Below are positions 15,530 through 29,281 of a DNA stretch of 64,000 nucleotides, in pieces. Both the position numbers and the translations under genes were made by a program. Source of the DNA: Macrostomum hystrix (taxonomy: Eukaryota > Animalia > Platyhelminthes); contig CATNEN010000024.1 of assembly GCA_950097015.1 (NCBI GenBank), positions 3,410,001 to 3,474,000 of the forward strand, given 5' to 3'. How positions within the stretch are numbered: position 1 is the first letter of the stretch; every line of letters begins with the position of its first letter. The notes under the pieces were generated by a model. The model ran no database searches. It was given only the letters and a program-made list of their open reading frames with translations, and was not told where the DNA came from.

Positions 15530-18500
15530 ATGAGCACACCTCAGCAGCTTCTTACTAGCGACGAAGCTCAGCAGCTGAACGACGTGTTCGACCTGTTCGA
15601 CTCAGATGGCGACGGCCGCATCGTGGCCAGCGAGATTGGCGCCGCGTTGGCCAGCCTGCACGGACAGCGACCGACTAAGAAGGAGCTAAAGGTAGAGAAA
15701 ACTGTGCTCACTAACTAGCTGGTGTAGCTCTAGACGAACATTACCTACCTCGCTCTCATTGTTCTGAATGGCTAACTAACTGATCGTATCACTTATTCAA
15801 ACATTTGGTTATCGGATCCTACAGCAAATATGCAGGCTACTCGAACATTATCAGTTTGTATAGAATTAACAGCTTTAAACGCATTTGTCAATATGCATTT
15901 CTTGTGTCCAAAGTATAGATTTCTGTGGACACAGAATTGGAAACCAAAGGTAAAATCTTCTCATCAAATTTAGGCGCCACAGAAAGGTCATCGCCTTTCT
16001 TAGCTCATCGTTCAGCGTATGAGAACCATTTGGAGTCAAAACACACTGCAATTTCTCCATATTTTCATAACCGATAACTGAAGTCGATCTCTCTGCTAAT
16101 GCTCTATATAGGATAGTGGTTTTCAATGTTGCTGCAGTATATTGTTGAGACATTGAGACGTTAATATCGAGGAAGTGAGTGTACAGTGTACAGCGATTTT
16201 CAAGACTATCAACTGGAATTGACATTTAGTATGGAGTGTTGGGGAATTGCCTTGCCTTAATGGGACGTCTAGTTTGATAATTAATCAGTGAACTCTACTC
16301 AGATTGGATTTAGATTATTACTTTACTAGTATTACTCGGAGATCAAAACTGGAAGATAGTATACTGCAGGAACTCAACGCCCATAATACGCTCGTATCTC
16401 GCTGCAAGTTCATCCATTACATTCTGTCTCCATCACTTAACTATAGCTAGTAATATCAGCTAAATATAAGCTGTCAATTAGACATTTCTCAATTACGATC
16501 GCATCTGAACTGATGCGTGCGTGTGAGTCTTCTGTAAATGATTGAGTGAGCATCAGAATGCAAATATGCAAATAATTGACCCGAACACAAGTCCGGCATC
16601 TACTAGCAGCTGCTATAGCCCGAGCCTGATTTATATGGAGTACTTTTAAGGCAATCAGAGTTCCGATAAAATTTGCTTGGATAATGTAGGATTTACTTAG
16701 ACTGATATACGTGTGTTGGAATTGCCTCTTTAAGATTGCTGTTCTGATTACTTTTGGAGACTGAGCGTCAGACTTATGACTTGAAGGTCGGGGGTTCGAT
16801 TCCCAAATCCACTGAACTGTTTGTGTCCTTTAGCAAGACACTTAACTCTGCATTGCTTCAGTTCACCCAGCTGTTAAATGGGTACCAGCATTAGCTGGGG
16901 CAATTGAGGGTGGTAGTGGCGTCCCCCCAGTCCATGGACTGAACAGCCGTACGCAGTCTTCAGATGCGCCTCGCAATAGCTGCGGCTGTGCTGTCAGCTG
17001 CACATCTAACCCAATCGAGTCAGGTGTAATCAATTATTATTCATATTATTATTAAATAAAGATTGGTGAGCTGGTCACTTCTAAAGATTAGTGACCCCTA
17101 GATTAATGTGTTAGTGACCCCTAGATTAATGTGTTAGTGACCCCTAGATTGATGTGTTAGTGACCCCTAGATTGATGTGTTAGTGACCCCTAGATTAATG
17201 TGTTAGTGACCCCTAGATTGATGTGTTAGTGACCCCTAGATTGATGTGTTAGTGACCCCTAGATGTGTTAGTGACCCCAAGATTAATGTGTTAGTGACCC
17301 CTAGATTGATGTGTTAGTGACCCCTAGATTGATGTGTTAGTGACCCCTAGATTGATGTGTTAGTGACCCCTAGATTGATGTGTTAGTGACCCCAAGATTA
17401 ATGTGTTAGTGACCCCTAGATTAATCTGTTAGTGACCCCTAGATTAATCTGTTAGTGACCCCTAGATAAATGTGTTAGTGACCCCTAGATTAATGTGTTC
17501 TAATACTTGTTTTAGAAATTGGTGGCTCCAAAACTTAAGTGATCTTGTGTGGATCGGTGGCAGAGCGATTAAAATGTCTGCCTCTCGCACCAAGGTCCCT
17601 GAGCTCGATTCCGCGGCAAGGCTACATTCATTTGGGGCGCAGCCGCAGAGAGAAGGTGTGGAAGCTTGTCGAGCAATTTGCGCCCTTTAGGGCCAGCCTC
17701 CAAGGCACAGTGAAGTGTACACTGCCTGACGATGAGAAAGTCAGGACAGATGTACACACCTGTGTGAGCGTATGCCTGCGTACGGTATCTGTGTGCCTAT
17801 GTGCTCAGGAGTCAGCGAAATGAGCAGAACTATCACGAAATGATGTACGATTGCCCGCAGCCCTCATGCAAAAAAATATATAAGTGGGTCATATGTGTTT
17901 GTGGCTCATAATATTTATAAATAGTTTCGGATTTGTCTGAGCTCCCAAAAGCTAAAACTACACTCACAACTTGAACTTCGATTAATAAAATAAGCAAAAA
18001 ATAAAAAAGCAATAATTGTATGAACAAACAACCTTATTGCAACTAAGACATAGGTTTCGGCATCCAACGGTCTTGGTTTATATTTAGCCTTTGAAAAAAA
18101 TAGTCAAAAGAAGCACAGTGACTCAGGATGGAGTTTAAAAACGGTTAACAATTAGCTATGACTTGCAACCGAGCACTTAAAAACTGAATGTAATGATGAC
18201 AATCATTCTGAATAGTAAAGTAGAATATGCGTAATGCCCGTTAAAGTTTGGTTAAATCTTCCATCTCTTATATAATTGGGTAACTTGGGAATTGGGATGC
18301 TCGCAATATGCGCTTAATAGTAGTAAGAACCTGATTGATAACCGGTTTGCTTTCTAAGGAAATATTTCCGATCAATCATTGTTAAGTTGAAATCCGAATC
18401 GTTAAGCTTGTCGGGCCGGCACATCAATTGGCAGCTCCGGCAGGCTTGGCCGGCGGCACAATGATGGTTGGCCGGTGGGCGTGGTGCAGAACGTAGTCGG

Positions 18501-21500
18501 AGACGCTACCCAGAAAAGTGCGTCGCAGGGTGCCCATGCCGCGGTTGCCCATCACAATGAGCGACACGTCCTCCTCGTTGGCGATCTCAACTAGGGCCGG
18601 CCCGGCACCGCTGGTCATGCGCTCCAGGAACCTGCAATTGGAGAGGCCGGATTGGTTGGTGAAATCTCCCATTGGGATCGAATAGGATTTAGGCAGTATT
18701 TCTGGCATTTGGATGCTGTCACGCAGTTCGGGATTTGTGGGATAAATTAAATTGAAGCATCCGGTTTTACAAAATTCAGACACAATACTGAGGGATCTGA
18801 ATTTCAGAAATTAAGATTCAGGCTACTTTGGGATTCAGGCACTATGCTTTGGGATTCAGGCACTATGCCTTGGGATTCAGGCACTATGCCTTGGGATTCA
18901 GGCACTATGCCTTGGGATTCAGGCACTATGCCTTGGGATTCAGGCACTATGCCTTGGGATTCAGGCACTATGCCTTGGGATTCAGGTGCATTTGTTTGGG
19001 ATTCATGTGCATTAGTTTGGGATTCAGGTGCATTATTTTGGGATTCAGGTGGGATTCAGATGTCAGGATCTAGTCAAAAGTTAATTTAAGACAAGCAAGA
19101 TCAACCAACCTGGTGTGGTTCTGCAGTCCCAGGGACTCGCACTTCTCCTTGGTCTGTGCGGCCAACCTCTTGCCGGCCTGAATGGCCTCGTTGACGCTGT
19201 TGGCATAGAGGTCGGCGGACACTGCGCTGGCAAAGCCGGCGCCCATGGTGACTGGCGGCGGCTCAACAACGTAGGCAAAGATTAGCTGATCCTCCGAGTT
19301 GCGCATGTTGCTGGCGTACCACTCCAGGGCGCGCTCGCAGTGCTTGCTGCCATCCACAGCCAGTAGGATCTTGCGCGTCATTGCTGATTCTTAGCTAGCA
19401 AATATCAAATTAAAATTATTAAGTAGCTGCTTGAGAATTGGAGGAAAGAATGGAATGGAGTGCTAGTGCTATTCTGAGCCACCTATTTTTGTTAAGCCCA
19501 ATTTTCACTTTTAGCATCCTTGTCCCCTTTTGTTCCTTCCTATTGGCTCGTGAATGCCATAGACGAACGCGTTTTTTATTTTCTATTCTATTAAAAATTA
19601 TAACTGAAATTAAATGCCTGCGGCAGCGAAGGGTATGTCAGCTTAGTTGAGCTAGTTGCTCGAAAATGCGTTCGTCTATGGCATTCACGAGCCAATAGGA
19701 AGGAACGGGATAAAAATATTAGCTATGTGAAATATCTATGTGAAAACACTACTACCACTCATATAATTTGATACATGATGCAGGACAGAGAACGCCTAGC
19801 CTACTGCTGTTAACTGATTAGTAGTATGTATAGTTTTGAAGAATCATAAATAAATACAAAAAATATTTACAAATTTTAATACATGCTCGACAAAAAACTG
19901 TTTTTGTCACGTAAACGTAGCCTAAATTTTAAATTGTTAACGAAAGAAAACAAGCCAGATGAATGCCATATGAATGCGATACATTGATTATACAGTAAGG
20001 AGGAAGCAGCTTCAGCCGCTGCAAGCCATTAATTAGAGCAGTTAGAGTTATTGTTAAGCTACATAAATAGCTTACATAGATCACTGCTAGGCCTATATAA
20101 TTTGTTTCACTTAAGACTCAATATAAAAAATGTAAAGCCTTAAATCTCTGCTCAGCAAAGTCAGCAAAAACTTCACATTTAAGAGTGACCTTCGTTTGAA
20201 CTCTTGTTTCTGCAAGAAGACAGCTTATTATTATTAAGAATTCTGCACTTTTATCGCCTCCGGACAACTATAGCCTTATAGGCCTATCTTTCATAGAAAG
20301 AAATAAGTACAAGTTTAAAATTGAAAGAACAATATTTAAAGCCTGGGAGGTTGTATTTTCGAGCCAGTTTAATGAGACTAGCCACCCATTTTTTAGGAAA
20401 TGTTTTTGTGTGCAGCTTACTAGAGCGTGGCCCAGTGTCTAGTAGTCTACACCAGGCAATATGCTAATCTAGCGTACTAATCTAGCCCACTAGGCCAAAC
20501 TGTTTGAATCGCATGACTGGGCAGCTTTCAATAATATATGAATGGAATGAATTCATTGAGAAAGCAACTTACCCTTGGGTGGTTTGCGAAGGAATAAATT
20601 AGACACCGGTCTGTTTCAATAGAGATATCGCGAATTCGTTTGCCTTATAAAAGCGGCCTGTAGTGTGGACAAAATCTAACCCACTGGAGGGCAAAGGCTT
20701 GTTTTCCTCTGGCAGTTTTTAATGCGACACTCAATTCACTTGAGCGTGCGTGTACGCTGGCCAAACCCCCCCTGACAAACCCCCCTCCACAAACTTTGTA
20801 CATTCACTTGTGTTCTCTCAACCACCCCCCCCCCAAATTCCTGCAGAGCCAATCCGACGCCACGGCCGAGATAAAATGCGACGTGCCCCGCGGCGGTTGG
20901 GGGTGAGAAAGGACAAACCCGAGATAGGAAAAAGGCAAACAGAAAAATCTGTCCCTAGGCCCCTACCTTTGAACCAAAAGCAATTTGAATTGAAGGACTT
21001 GGGTTACAGATAATACTATCTACAACTTAACTCCTTGCACACCTGCTAAGATAACTGCAATCTTTAACGTGGCGAACGCTAACGCCCAATACCTTTCACT
21101 AACTAATATTAGGAAGCTTAACAATGACCAAGCTCTCACGTTGAGTCTAGTGACACGGTACACGTGTTTTAATTATTATAGCATGTTCTAAATGCGAGCA
21201 ATGTGCCTAGCATTCTCATCACCAAATGTTTTTGCTAGCGTATCATCTGCTGTTAATGATGGCTCATTGTCATTAGGTAACTCGCTAATGATTAACGAAG
21301 GAGAATGATGACGATGTAGAACATGCTATCCGACCATGCAGCGACACCACATACAATGTCAATATATCAATTCAAGTTCAGCACGAACACTCGCTTTCCT
21401 GCCCCCTAAAATCCGCCTGTCCTCTCCCATATTTGCCTACAGGGAGAAGAGAGAGGGCAATCCGTTTAGCTTCAGCGTGGGAAAATAAGCTTTTTGGTTC

Positions 21501-24500
21501 GGCTAGTGGCACGAATATGAGACATCCATCACAGCACTGCCTACGGAACAGTTTTGTTACACGATCCGGCTTCGGAGAGGGTGTACAATTCGCGGGCTGC
21601 CCATGTGCTTGTGTGTGTTTTTCTTGACTACTGGCTGACACACACTAAAGCATCATGGGACTAATGGCTGACACACACTGAAGCATCATGGGACTAATGG
21701 CTGACACACACACTGAAGCATCATGGGACTAATGGCTGACACACACACTGAAGCATAATGGGACTAATGGCTGACACACACTGAAGCATCATGGGACTAA
21801 TGGCTGACACACACTGAAGCATCATGGGACTAATGGCTGACACACACACTGAAGCATCATGGGACTAATGGCTGACACACACTGAAGCATCATGGGACTA
21901 ATGGCTGACACACACACTGAAGCATCATGGGACTAATGGCTGACACACACACTGAAGCATAATGGGACTAATGGCTGACACACACTGAAGCATCATGGGA
22001 CTAATGGCTGACACACACTGAAGCATCATGGGACTAATGGCTGACACACACACTGAAGCATCATGGGACTAATGGCTGACACACACACTGAAGCATCATG
22101 GGACTAATGGCTGACACACACACTGAAGCATCATGGGACTAATGGCTGACACACACACTGAAGCATCATGGGACTAATGGCTGACACACACACTGAAGCA
22201 TAATGGGACTAATGGCTGACACACACTGAAGCATCATGGGACTAATGGCTGACACACACTGAAGCATCATGGGACTAATGGCTGACACACACACTGAAGC
22301 ATCATGGGACTAATGGCTGACACACACTGAAGCATAATGGGACTAATGGCTGACACACACTGAAGCATAATGGGACTAGTGGCTGACACACACACTGAAG
22401 CATCATGGGACTAATGGCTGACACACACTGAAGCATAATGGGACTAATGGCTGACACACACTGAAGCATAATGGGACTAATGGCTGACACACACTGAAGC
22501 ATCATGGGACTAATGGCTGACACACACACTGAAGCATCATGGGACTAATGGCTGACACACACTGAAGCATCATGGGACTAATGGCTGACACACACTGAAG
22601 TATTGTGACCAATGAAATGTTTTATTAACAGAAAATATTAGAATATATTTAAAAAGTTTTTTTATAATAATTATATTTAATATATTTATAAATATATTTA
22701 TTGAATTATTGTTTTACTCAAATATATTTTTAGTAGATAGCTAAAGCTTAGAATCGCGCAGAGAGTTATTTGATTGAAATCAAGTTTGCAGTAGGAGCAG
22801 ATTCAGTGCGTGCTCTCTAAAAAGTCGGGATTCACAATACATTCCTTAGGCGGCGCCTTATTCGCGCGAAGTGCATCGTGGGAATGCTTATTGAAGACAA
22901 CTCCGGCACGCTGGTGCTGCCGATCTATGCGCCGATGCTTGCTTTGAGTCTCCAGGTGTTTGACAGTAAAGATGTGCTGGCTATCGAGCTCCAGGGCCTT
23001 GGTGAATGACACTCGCAGGTAGGCGTTGATAACCTCATTGCGCAACTGCGGATAAGATAGCAGCGTTGGCGATAAGATTTGTCGTTCGAACTCTAGCCAC
23101 AGTAGGCGGAGTCTGTTGATGCCGGCGACAAACTTCAACGATCCCATCATCTGGCCAGCGACTTCGTCGGTTAGCGCCGTCAGCATTGGCTGCTCGCTGT
23201 AGCGAGATCTCTCCAGCATGATGTCGCACTTGGTCACCACGAACTTAGTCAACGGACCCATGATGACGTTCATAATCATCACGAGAATCAGCGTAGTCAC
23301 CTTCAGATTATAAACCATTTCTGGCTCGGCATCTTTTGGGAAGCTCGTCATTGTTAGGGACAGGGCCACAGCACCCCGAAGACCGGCGTGGATAGCAATG
23401 ATCTGCTCCTTGCCTGCGGCGAATACGTAGAATATGATAGAGCCTTCAAAATTTTGACTAGCTGCCAAGGGTAACCCTCAACAATGGTAGCGGGTGAGTG
23501 AGCCAGGTCAATAAAATGTCAAGGTTATTGTGCCAATCCTTCAGTTAAAGTTCAGTCATTGTAATGATAAATAATAATAATAATAATAGATTACAGCAGC
23601 AGCTATTGCGCGGCGCATCTGAAGGCTGCGTATGACTGGCTGTTCAGTCCATGGACTGGGGGGGACGCAACACCCACCCTCAATTGCCCGAACTGATGCT
23701 GGTACCCATTTAACAACTGGGTGAAATGAAGCAATGCTCAGTTAAAGTGTTTTGTAAAAGAACACCGATCTTCTCAGTGGAGTCGGGAATCAAACCCACG
23801 ACCCCCAAGTCGTGAGTCTGACGCTGTAACCACTAGGCTAAAACAGTTCACTGTTAGTCTTTGTACTGAACCCAATGTGTTCTACTAAAGGCTCGTTTCC
23901 ACTGTCATCAAATGATTCGTTCTCTGGCGTATAAAATGACGAGTGGATATTAATAGCGGATTCGCATGCTGTGGCATAGGTTTGATGGCACTGTGAACTG
24001 CCTTCACATATACCCCACTGCTTGAAGCCACTGAATTCAAGAAGAAGTACTGATAGAACCAACATTGACAAGCTGTCCTCACCCTGCAACTTCTTGGTTC
24101 GGAAAAAGTTTAACATGTAGCTCAGCGTCATAGTTGAGAAGGCCCGTCCTATTAGGCATAAGAAGAGCGTGTACACCATGAGCGAGATGTTGAGCTGGTG
24201 GTCATCGGTCCACTTATGTCCATCGGTTAGCATTACAAGTTCCACACCAATGGACAGGAAGATGAGCGTGTCGCTTAGCGAAGCGGTCATGTGTAGCAGC
24301 AGACTGAAGATGCGCTTCGAGCTGTCCGATATGTTGCCTGATTTGTGCGAGGAAATGAAAGCACTCAAACTCAAACGGACTCAAAATGACTCGAAAATAA
24401 ATCCATAATCCCTCCTGCTTCGGACTTAGAAGATCAAGTGGATAAGCCAGGATTTCTAAAACTGTCAATCAGAGTAAGGCGAAAGGGAGGGCCGCAGAAT

Positions 24501-27500
24501 TTAGGATGAGGAAAGGAAGTTGAACCTACTGAAAGTTTCTACTCGTAGCTAAGATAAAACAATAAAATATTGAAAAATCAGGTTTATAAAAAGCATAGCT
24601 ATAATATTACAGTCATCTGTTTCTGTGGACACTACAGATATAAAAGGTGCGAGTCTCAATTACTCGAGATCAGGGAGAGGTGAGTCTCAATGACTCGAGA
24701 ACTGGGAGAAGTGAGTCACGATGACTCGAGATCTGGGAGAAGTGGGTCACGATGACTCGGGAACTGGGAGAAGTGAGTCGCGATGAGTCAATATCTACGA
24801 GATGTGTGACGATGACTCGAGATCTGGGAGAAGTGAGTCTCAATGACTCGATAACTGGGAGAAGTGAGTCACGATGACTCGAGATCTGGGAGAAGTGGGT
24901 CACGATGACTTGGGAACTGGGAGAAGTGAGTCGCGATGAGTCAATATCTAGGAGATGTGTGACGATGACTCGAGATCTGGGAGAAGTGAGTCTCAATGAC
25001 TCGAGAACTGGGAGAAGTGAGTCACGATGACTCGAGATCTGGGAGAAGTGGGTCACGATGACTCGGGAACTGGGAGAAGTGAGTCGCGATGAGTCAATAT
25101 CTACGAGATGTGTGACGATGACTCGAGATCTGGGAGAAGTGAGTCTCAATGACTCGAGAACTGGGAGAAGTGAGTCACGATGACTCGAGATCTGGGAGAA
25201 GTGAGTCTCAATGACTCGGGAACTGGGAGAAGTGAGTCTCAATGACTCGAGATCTGGGAGAAGTGAGTCACGATGACTCGCGATCTGGGAGAAGTGAGTC
25301 TCAATGACTCGAGAACTGGGAGAAGTGAGTCACGATGACTCGAGATCTGGGAGAAGTGGGTCACGATGACTCGGGAACTGGGAGAAGTGAGTCGCGATGA
25401 GTCAATATCTAGGGGATGTGTGACGATGACTCGAGATCTGGGAGAAGTGAGTCTCAATGACTCGAGAACTGGGAGAAGTGAGTCACGATGACTCGAGATC
25501 TGGGAGAAGTGAGTCTCGGGAACTGGGAGAAGTGAGTCTCAATGACTCGGGAACTGGGAGAAGTGAGTCACGATGACTCGCGATCTGGGAGAAGTGAGTC
25601 TCAATGACTCGAGATCTGGGAGAGGTGAGTCACAATGACTCGAGATCTGGGAGAGGTGAGTCACAATGACTCGAGATCTGGGAGAGGTTAGTCACAATGA
25701 CTCGAGATCTGGGAGAGGTTAGTCACAATGACTCGAGATCTGGGAGAGGTGAGTCACGATGACTCGGGCACTGGGAGCTGTAACTTCAGAATGTTGTCAC
25801 TGACGCATTCTTACACTTGGCGTAAGCGGCCATAAGCACGCCGCACACAATAAGGCTAAGTATGCCGGACAGGTTAATAGCTTCGGCCAGCAGATAGCTG
25901 AGCATGCCGCAGCTGAGCATGATGGCCGGCTCGCAAATGACGGTCATGTGAGTCCGCTTGGTGATGATGGCGCAGAAGAGAGCTGAAGCAGTGCCAAGAA
26001 TGCAGGATCCCAAAGTGGATACGAAAGTATTCCCTACGGCCTCCATAATTTCACCGATGATGTTCATACTGGCCTCTTTCACACCCTGTACGTTGGTCAT
26101 GGCCTTGAATAGAGAAATAGTCATGGCGTCGTTGAGCATAGCCTCGCCGCTGACCAGAAAATGCAGGTGATAATCGGCTTGAAGCTCTTCGAATGCTTGG
26201 ATAACCGCCACGGGGTCAACGGCAACGATTATTGAACTGTTCAAAGACGAATATGTGAAGGTGAAGCTTTAGCATATATTTAGTTACGTCACTACTAGCT
26301 ATGAGCATTGCATAACACCGCCACTAGCTCACCTGTAGAAGAAGCTTTCTACGGGCCCGAAACCCTTCATGTAGGGAATGAAGCCGGCATCGTGCAGCAG
26401 CGACAGCATTGACCCGATAAACAGGAAGTTGAATAGAGTGCCCAAGATGGCGAAAATCAGGATCGATGGCACATTGTTGAGGAATACCGGGTGAAACAGG
26501 TTATAGGCCGCGTCCAGAATTATGGGCGGCAACAGAATCGTGAAGAATAAGTAGTGGGTTAGCTTCAGACCAGATACTAGGGTCATGTACTCGTTGCCAA
26601 AGCTGCGCATTACCCACGATACCAGGACGCCTAGGGCGATGTATGCCGCCGACTCCGGAAAGATTCGATGCAGGCCGTAGAACGCGTAGATCACTCGAAA
26701 GGCGAACATAATCAAGATAATCATCATAATGAATAGGTAGTTATTCACAAAGAATAAATTCTCGGTATTTTGCTTCAATGAACTGCTGTTCGCCTCCATT
26801 TTGTTGATATCGATTTCTTATTTTACGTGGATTAGACTTCTAGTATGCTGCTTACAGATGCTAAAGTACCTGAAATTATCTCCACTTTTATGTTGGACGA
26901 CATGTCTATGGTAGATCCCGCTAAGAAATGCATCAAAATTAAAAGAATTAAGAAGAAAATGAGTGGCGAAATGAGTATATTCTCAGGACTTCAGTGTTAA
27001 TCGTTTACTGTGCCCGTTTTAGCACAAGGGGGAAATTCAAGCCGAAATTATCTTTGCTGGGACTAAATGGAGCCACGCCAAGTCACCTCACCTTTTCAAA
27101 TATACATTTCAAGTGTACATGCCAGGTGTACTTTGCCTTGGCATGATGAGCTGGTGCTACCAGAAGCTCTGCCAATGTTTATACCATAAACCTATACCTC
27201 AGACTATGAAGGCTGAGATGATGCAGGCACATGTGTTCGACAAGCTGCTGAAATTTGAACGCCTTAAAAAGCTATAACGAGGTGAAGTGCTGATTGTCGT
27301 ACGTAGGGATGTTCTCACATCCACATAATACGAGTAATAATAATTGCAGGAGGGCTGCGGGCTATCGCACATAATTTGGTGACACTTGACCCGCAGCCAG
27401 CGAGGAGGCAATTCTGCCCATTTCGCTGACTCATGAGCACAGACACACTAATAACGTACACAGGCACACGCTCACACAGGTGTGTACATCTACCTTGACT

Positions 27501-28191
27501 TTCTCTTGACTGACCTTGACTTTGGTGCAAGAGGCAGTGCCACCGCTCTGCCACTGACCACCCTTCAGACTTCATTAGTGCATGCAATCAGAATCGTTTT
27601 TAGATTTTCGTAGTCAATTTTTTCAGAATCGTAGGATATTTAGACGTTCAGGAGTGGGTTTGGACGTTCGTTCGGATGCACGTTTCTCCTATCAATGACG
27701 CCTCAACAGCATCTCTACCGCATGATCAGAGAACCCTTCTCGCGCAACTCCGCTCAGTTACCTGTCCTTAACTTTCGCCTGCGTTGCTCAGTTTAGGACA
27801 AAGCACCCCGCGAATGCGTATCCTCCCACAGCGCATCCTCGCCAGCGCCGATGTCGACTCAAGCGGCTACGTGGACCGCGGGGAGTTTGCCCGAATCGCT
27901 CTCACTGGCAAGCGCTGGCATCAAGGCCGGCAGCAGTCGTCGCAGAAGCAGCAGCCGCTGAGTTCTGAGAAGGATCTGTTCCGTGCATTCCGCGTTTTTG
28001 ACTCCGATCGTGACGGCTTCATTACGCCGGCGGAGCTCCGATCGGCATTGACGCGCCTCCTGCCGGCGGGCGAAGTCACCGACCAGCTAGTGGCCGACAT
28101 GATTAGCGGCGCGGATGTCGACGGCGACGGGCGGGTGTCGTTTGCTGAATTCGTCAGCATCGTCTGTGCAGACAGCTTCGTGCGCAAATAG
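15530..28191 (+). CDS. Calmodulin-like 4-EF-hand protein, 2 exons (15530-15691, 27832-28191), ~173 aa
   Basis: EF loops DSDGDGRIVASE (exon 1) and DVDSSGYVDRGE, DSDRDGFITPAE, DVDGDGRVSFAE (exon 2). Phase-0 donor AAG|GTAGAG and acceptor CCCACAG|CGC. Joining them across 12 kb is inferred from the complementary EF-hands. Confidence 0.75.
16755..17055 (+). mobile_element. SINE family A (tRNA-Arg-like head plus CORE-like domain)
   Basis: B-box ggttcgattccc; tgtgtcctttagcaagacacttaac...cccagctgttaaatggg resembles the CORE-SINE consensus; (att) tail. Confidence 0.8.
17086..17497. repeat. 23-bp minisatellite, ~18 copies
   Basis: Repeated gtgttagtgacccctagattgat. Confidence 0.95.
17549..17870 (+). 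mobile_element. SINE family B copy
   Basis: Colinear with 7902-8253 (ggtggcagagcg...ctcgcaccaaggtccct...cctgacgatgagaaagtca...ctcaggagtcagcgaaatg). Confidence 0.85.
18424..19381 (-). CDS. Universal stress protein (UspA domain), 2 exons (19381-19110, 18631-18424)
   Basis: RKILLAVDGSKHCERALEW and LIVMGNRGMGTLRRTFLGSVSDYVLHHAHRPTIIVP are USP signatures; phase-2 GT-AG intron. Confidence 0.93.
18827..19050. repeat. 21-bp minisatellite in the USP intron
   Basis: Repeated ttgggattcaggcactatgcc, decaying toward the right. Confidence 0.92.
21631..22598. repeat. 31/33-bp minisatellite, ~30 copies
   Basis: ggctgacacacactgaagcatcatgggactaat with a variable (CA) count. Confidence 0.95.
22803..26799 (-). 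CDS. Na+/H+ exchanger (CPA1/SLC9A-type), 4 exons (26799-26333, 26236-25815, 24337-24083, 23413-22803)
   Basis: FFTILLPPIILDAAY, AVDPVAV, GEAMLNDA, CNISDSS, KEQII..AGLRGAVALSL; all introns GT-AG and phase-compatible. Confidence 0.92.
23571..23841 (-). mobile_element. SINE family A copy in NHE intron 3
   Basis: The reverse complement is colinear with 16755-17055, including head, CORE-like domain and tail. Confidence 0.85.
24650..25775. repeat. ~31-bp satellite with higher-order structure in NHE intron 2
   Basis: Variants of gatctgggagaagtgagtcacgatgactcga recur in a fixed order. Confidence 0.92.
27335..27563 (-). mobile_element. SINE family B copy with internal deletion
   Basis: The tail/3' body and tRNA head match family B; the central segment is missing. 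Confidence 0.75.
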
Positions 28192-29281
28192 TCACACCTG
28201 ATTACACCTGAACCATCGCGCTACTTGAATCATATTCGCTCAAATACTGTACATTTATGCAATTCTACGTCATGACCTCTTAAAAGTGGGGAGCATCCTT
28301 TTCTATAGTTGCTCATAAATTTTTGTGGAGTTTTTGTAGTCAGCTGTTTGGTTTCCAGTTAATTATTCTAAATTTTCTAACTAAACTGCTCGTATATCCT
28401 TTCAAGCGAAATACGAGTAGTCGGGAGACGCAGATACCTTAATTGGAAGCGTCTCAACGTCTAGAAAAAGAAGTAGAGAAACTAAAACTAATGACCCTCC
28501 AGCTTAGTTACACTGAAGCGAGCTGAGAAAAATCAGTGATTAAAAGACAAGACTGTTTCACTTTTTTTCATACGCTCTTATTTGCACGTGCTTGCGAGGT
28601 AGAAATGTCAGTGAGCCTATTGCATGTAAATCCTTAGATTGCAGTCAACAATGCGACCCTGATGAGAGTCTGCTGATGACGTCTCGTCTCAGTGACAGCG
28701 TGGAATTAGCATAGGCTTAGCCATCCGACCAAAAAGCGCAGCTGCTACCCCTGCAGCAATCCTAGCATGCTCAAATCTATATCATGGTTTGAGTTGTTGC
28801 TGTTGCAGCTTAGCTGGCTGAAACAAGGTCAACGACCTCTCACTGTACCAGAGAAGTATAGACTAGCAGTAATGAAAGTCCCACGCGTGTAACTAGTAGC
28901 AAGCTTACATAAACCTCTGGCTACATAACTGGCGCGCTAGCATTCACAATGCACCAACATAGCCTATATAGATAACAAATACAGATACTTAGCAACTAGC
29001 TAAATCGCACAAGGGTCGAGGCAGAAGGCCGAAGAGACAACTAGAGCGTTTAAAGGTTATTCACTGGTGTGTGGAGTAAATTAAGTTAGAATAAAATTTG
29101 TTACTTTAAAAAGCTATACAAACTAAGAGGCAATTGTGTCTGGTCGGGGTCTGTGTTCGTGCTCATACCTGTTAGCGCAGTATTATAATTATTAGGGGCG
29201 CAATTTATTTTAAGAAATAATTTTTTAACAAGCATTTTATTATAATTTTACTTGGATAAAAAATGCATTATACGTTTATGC

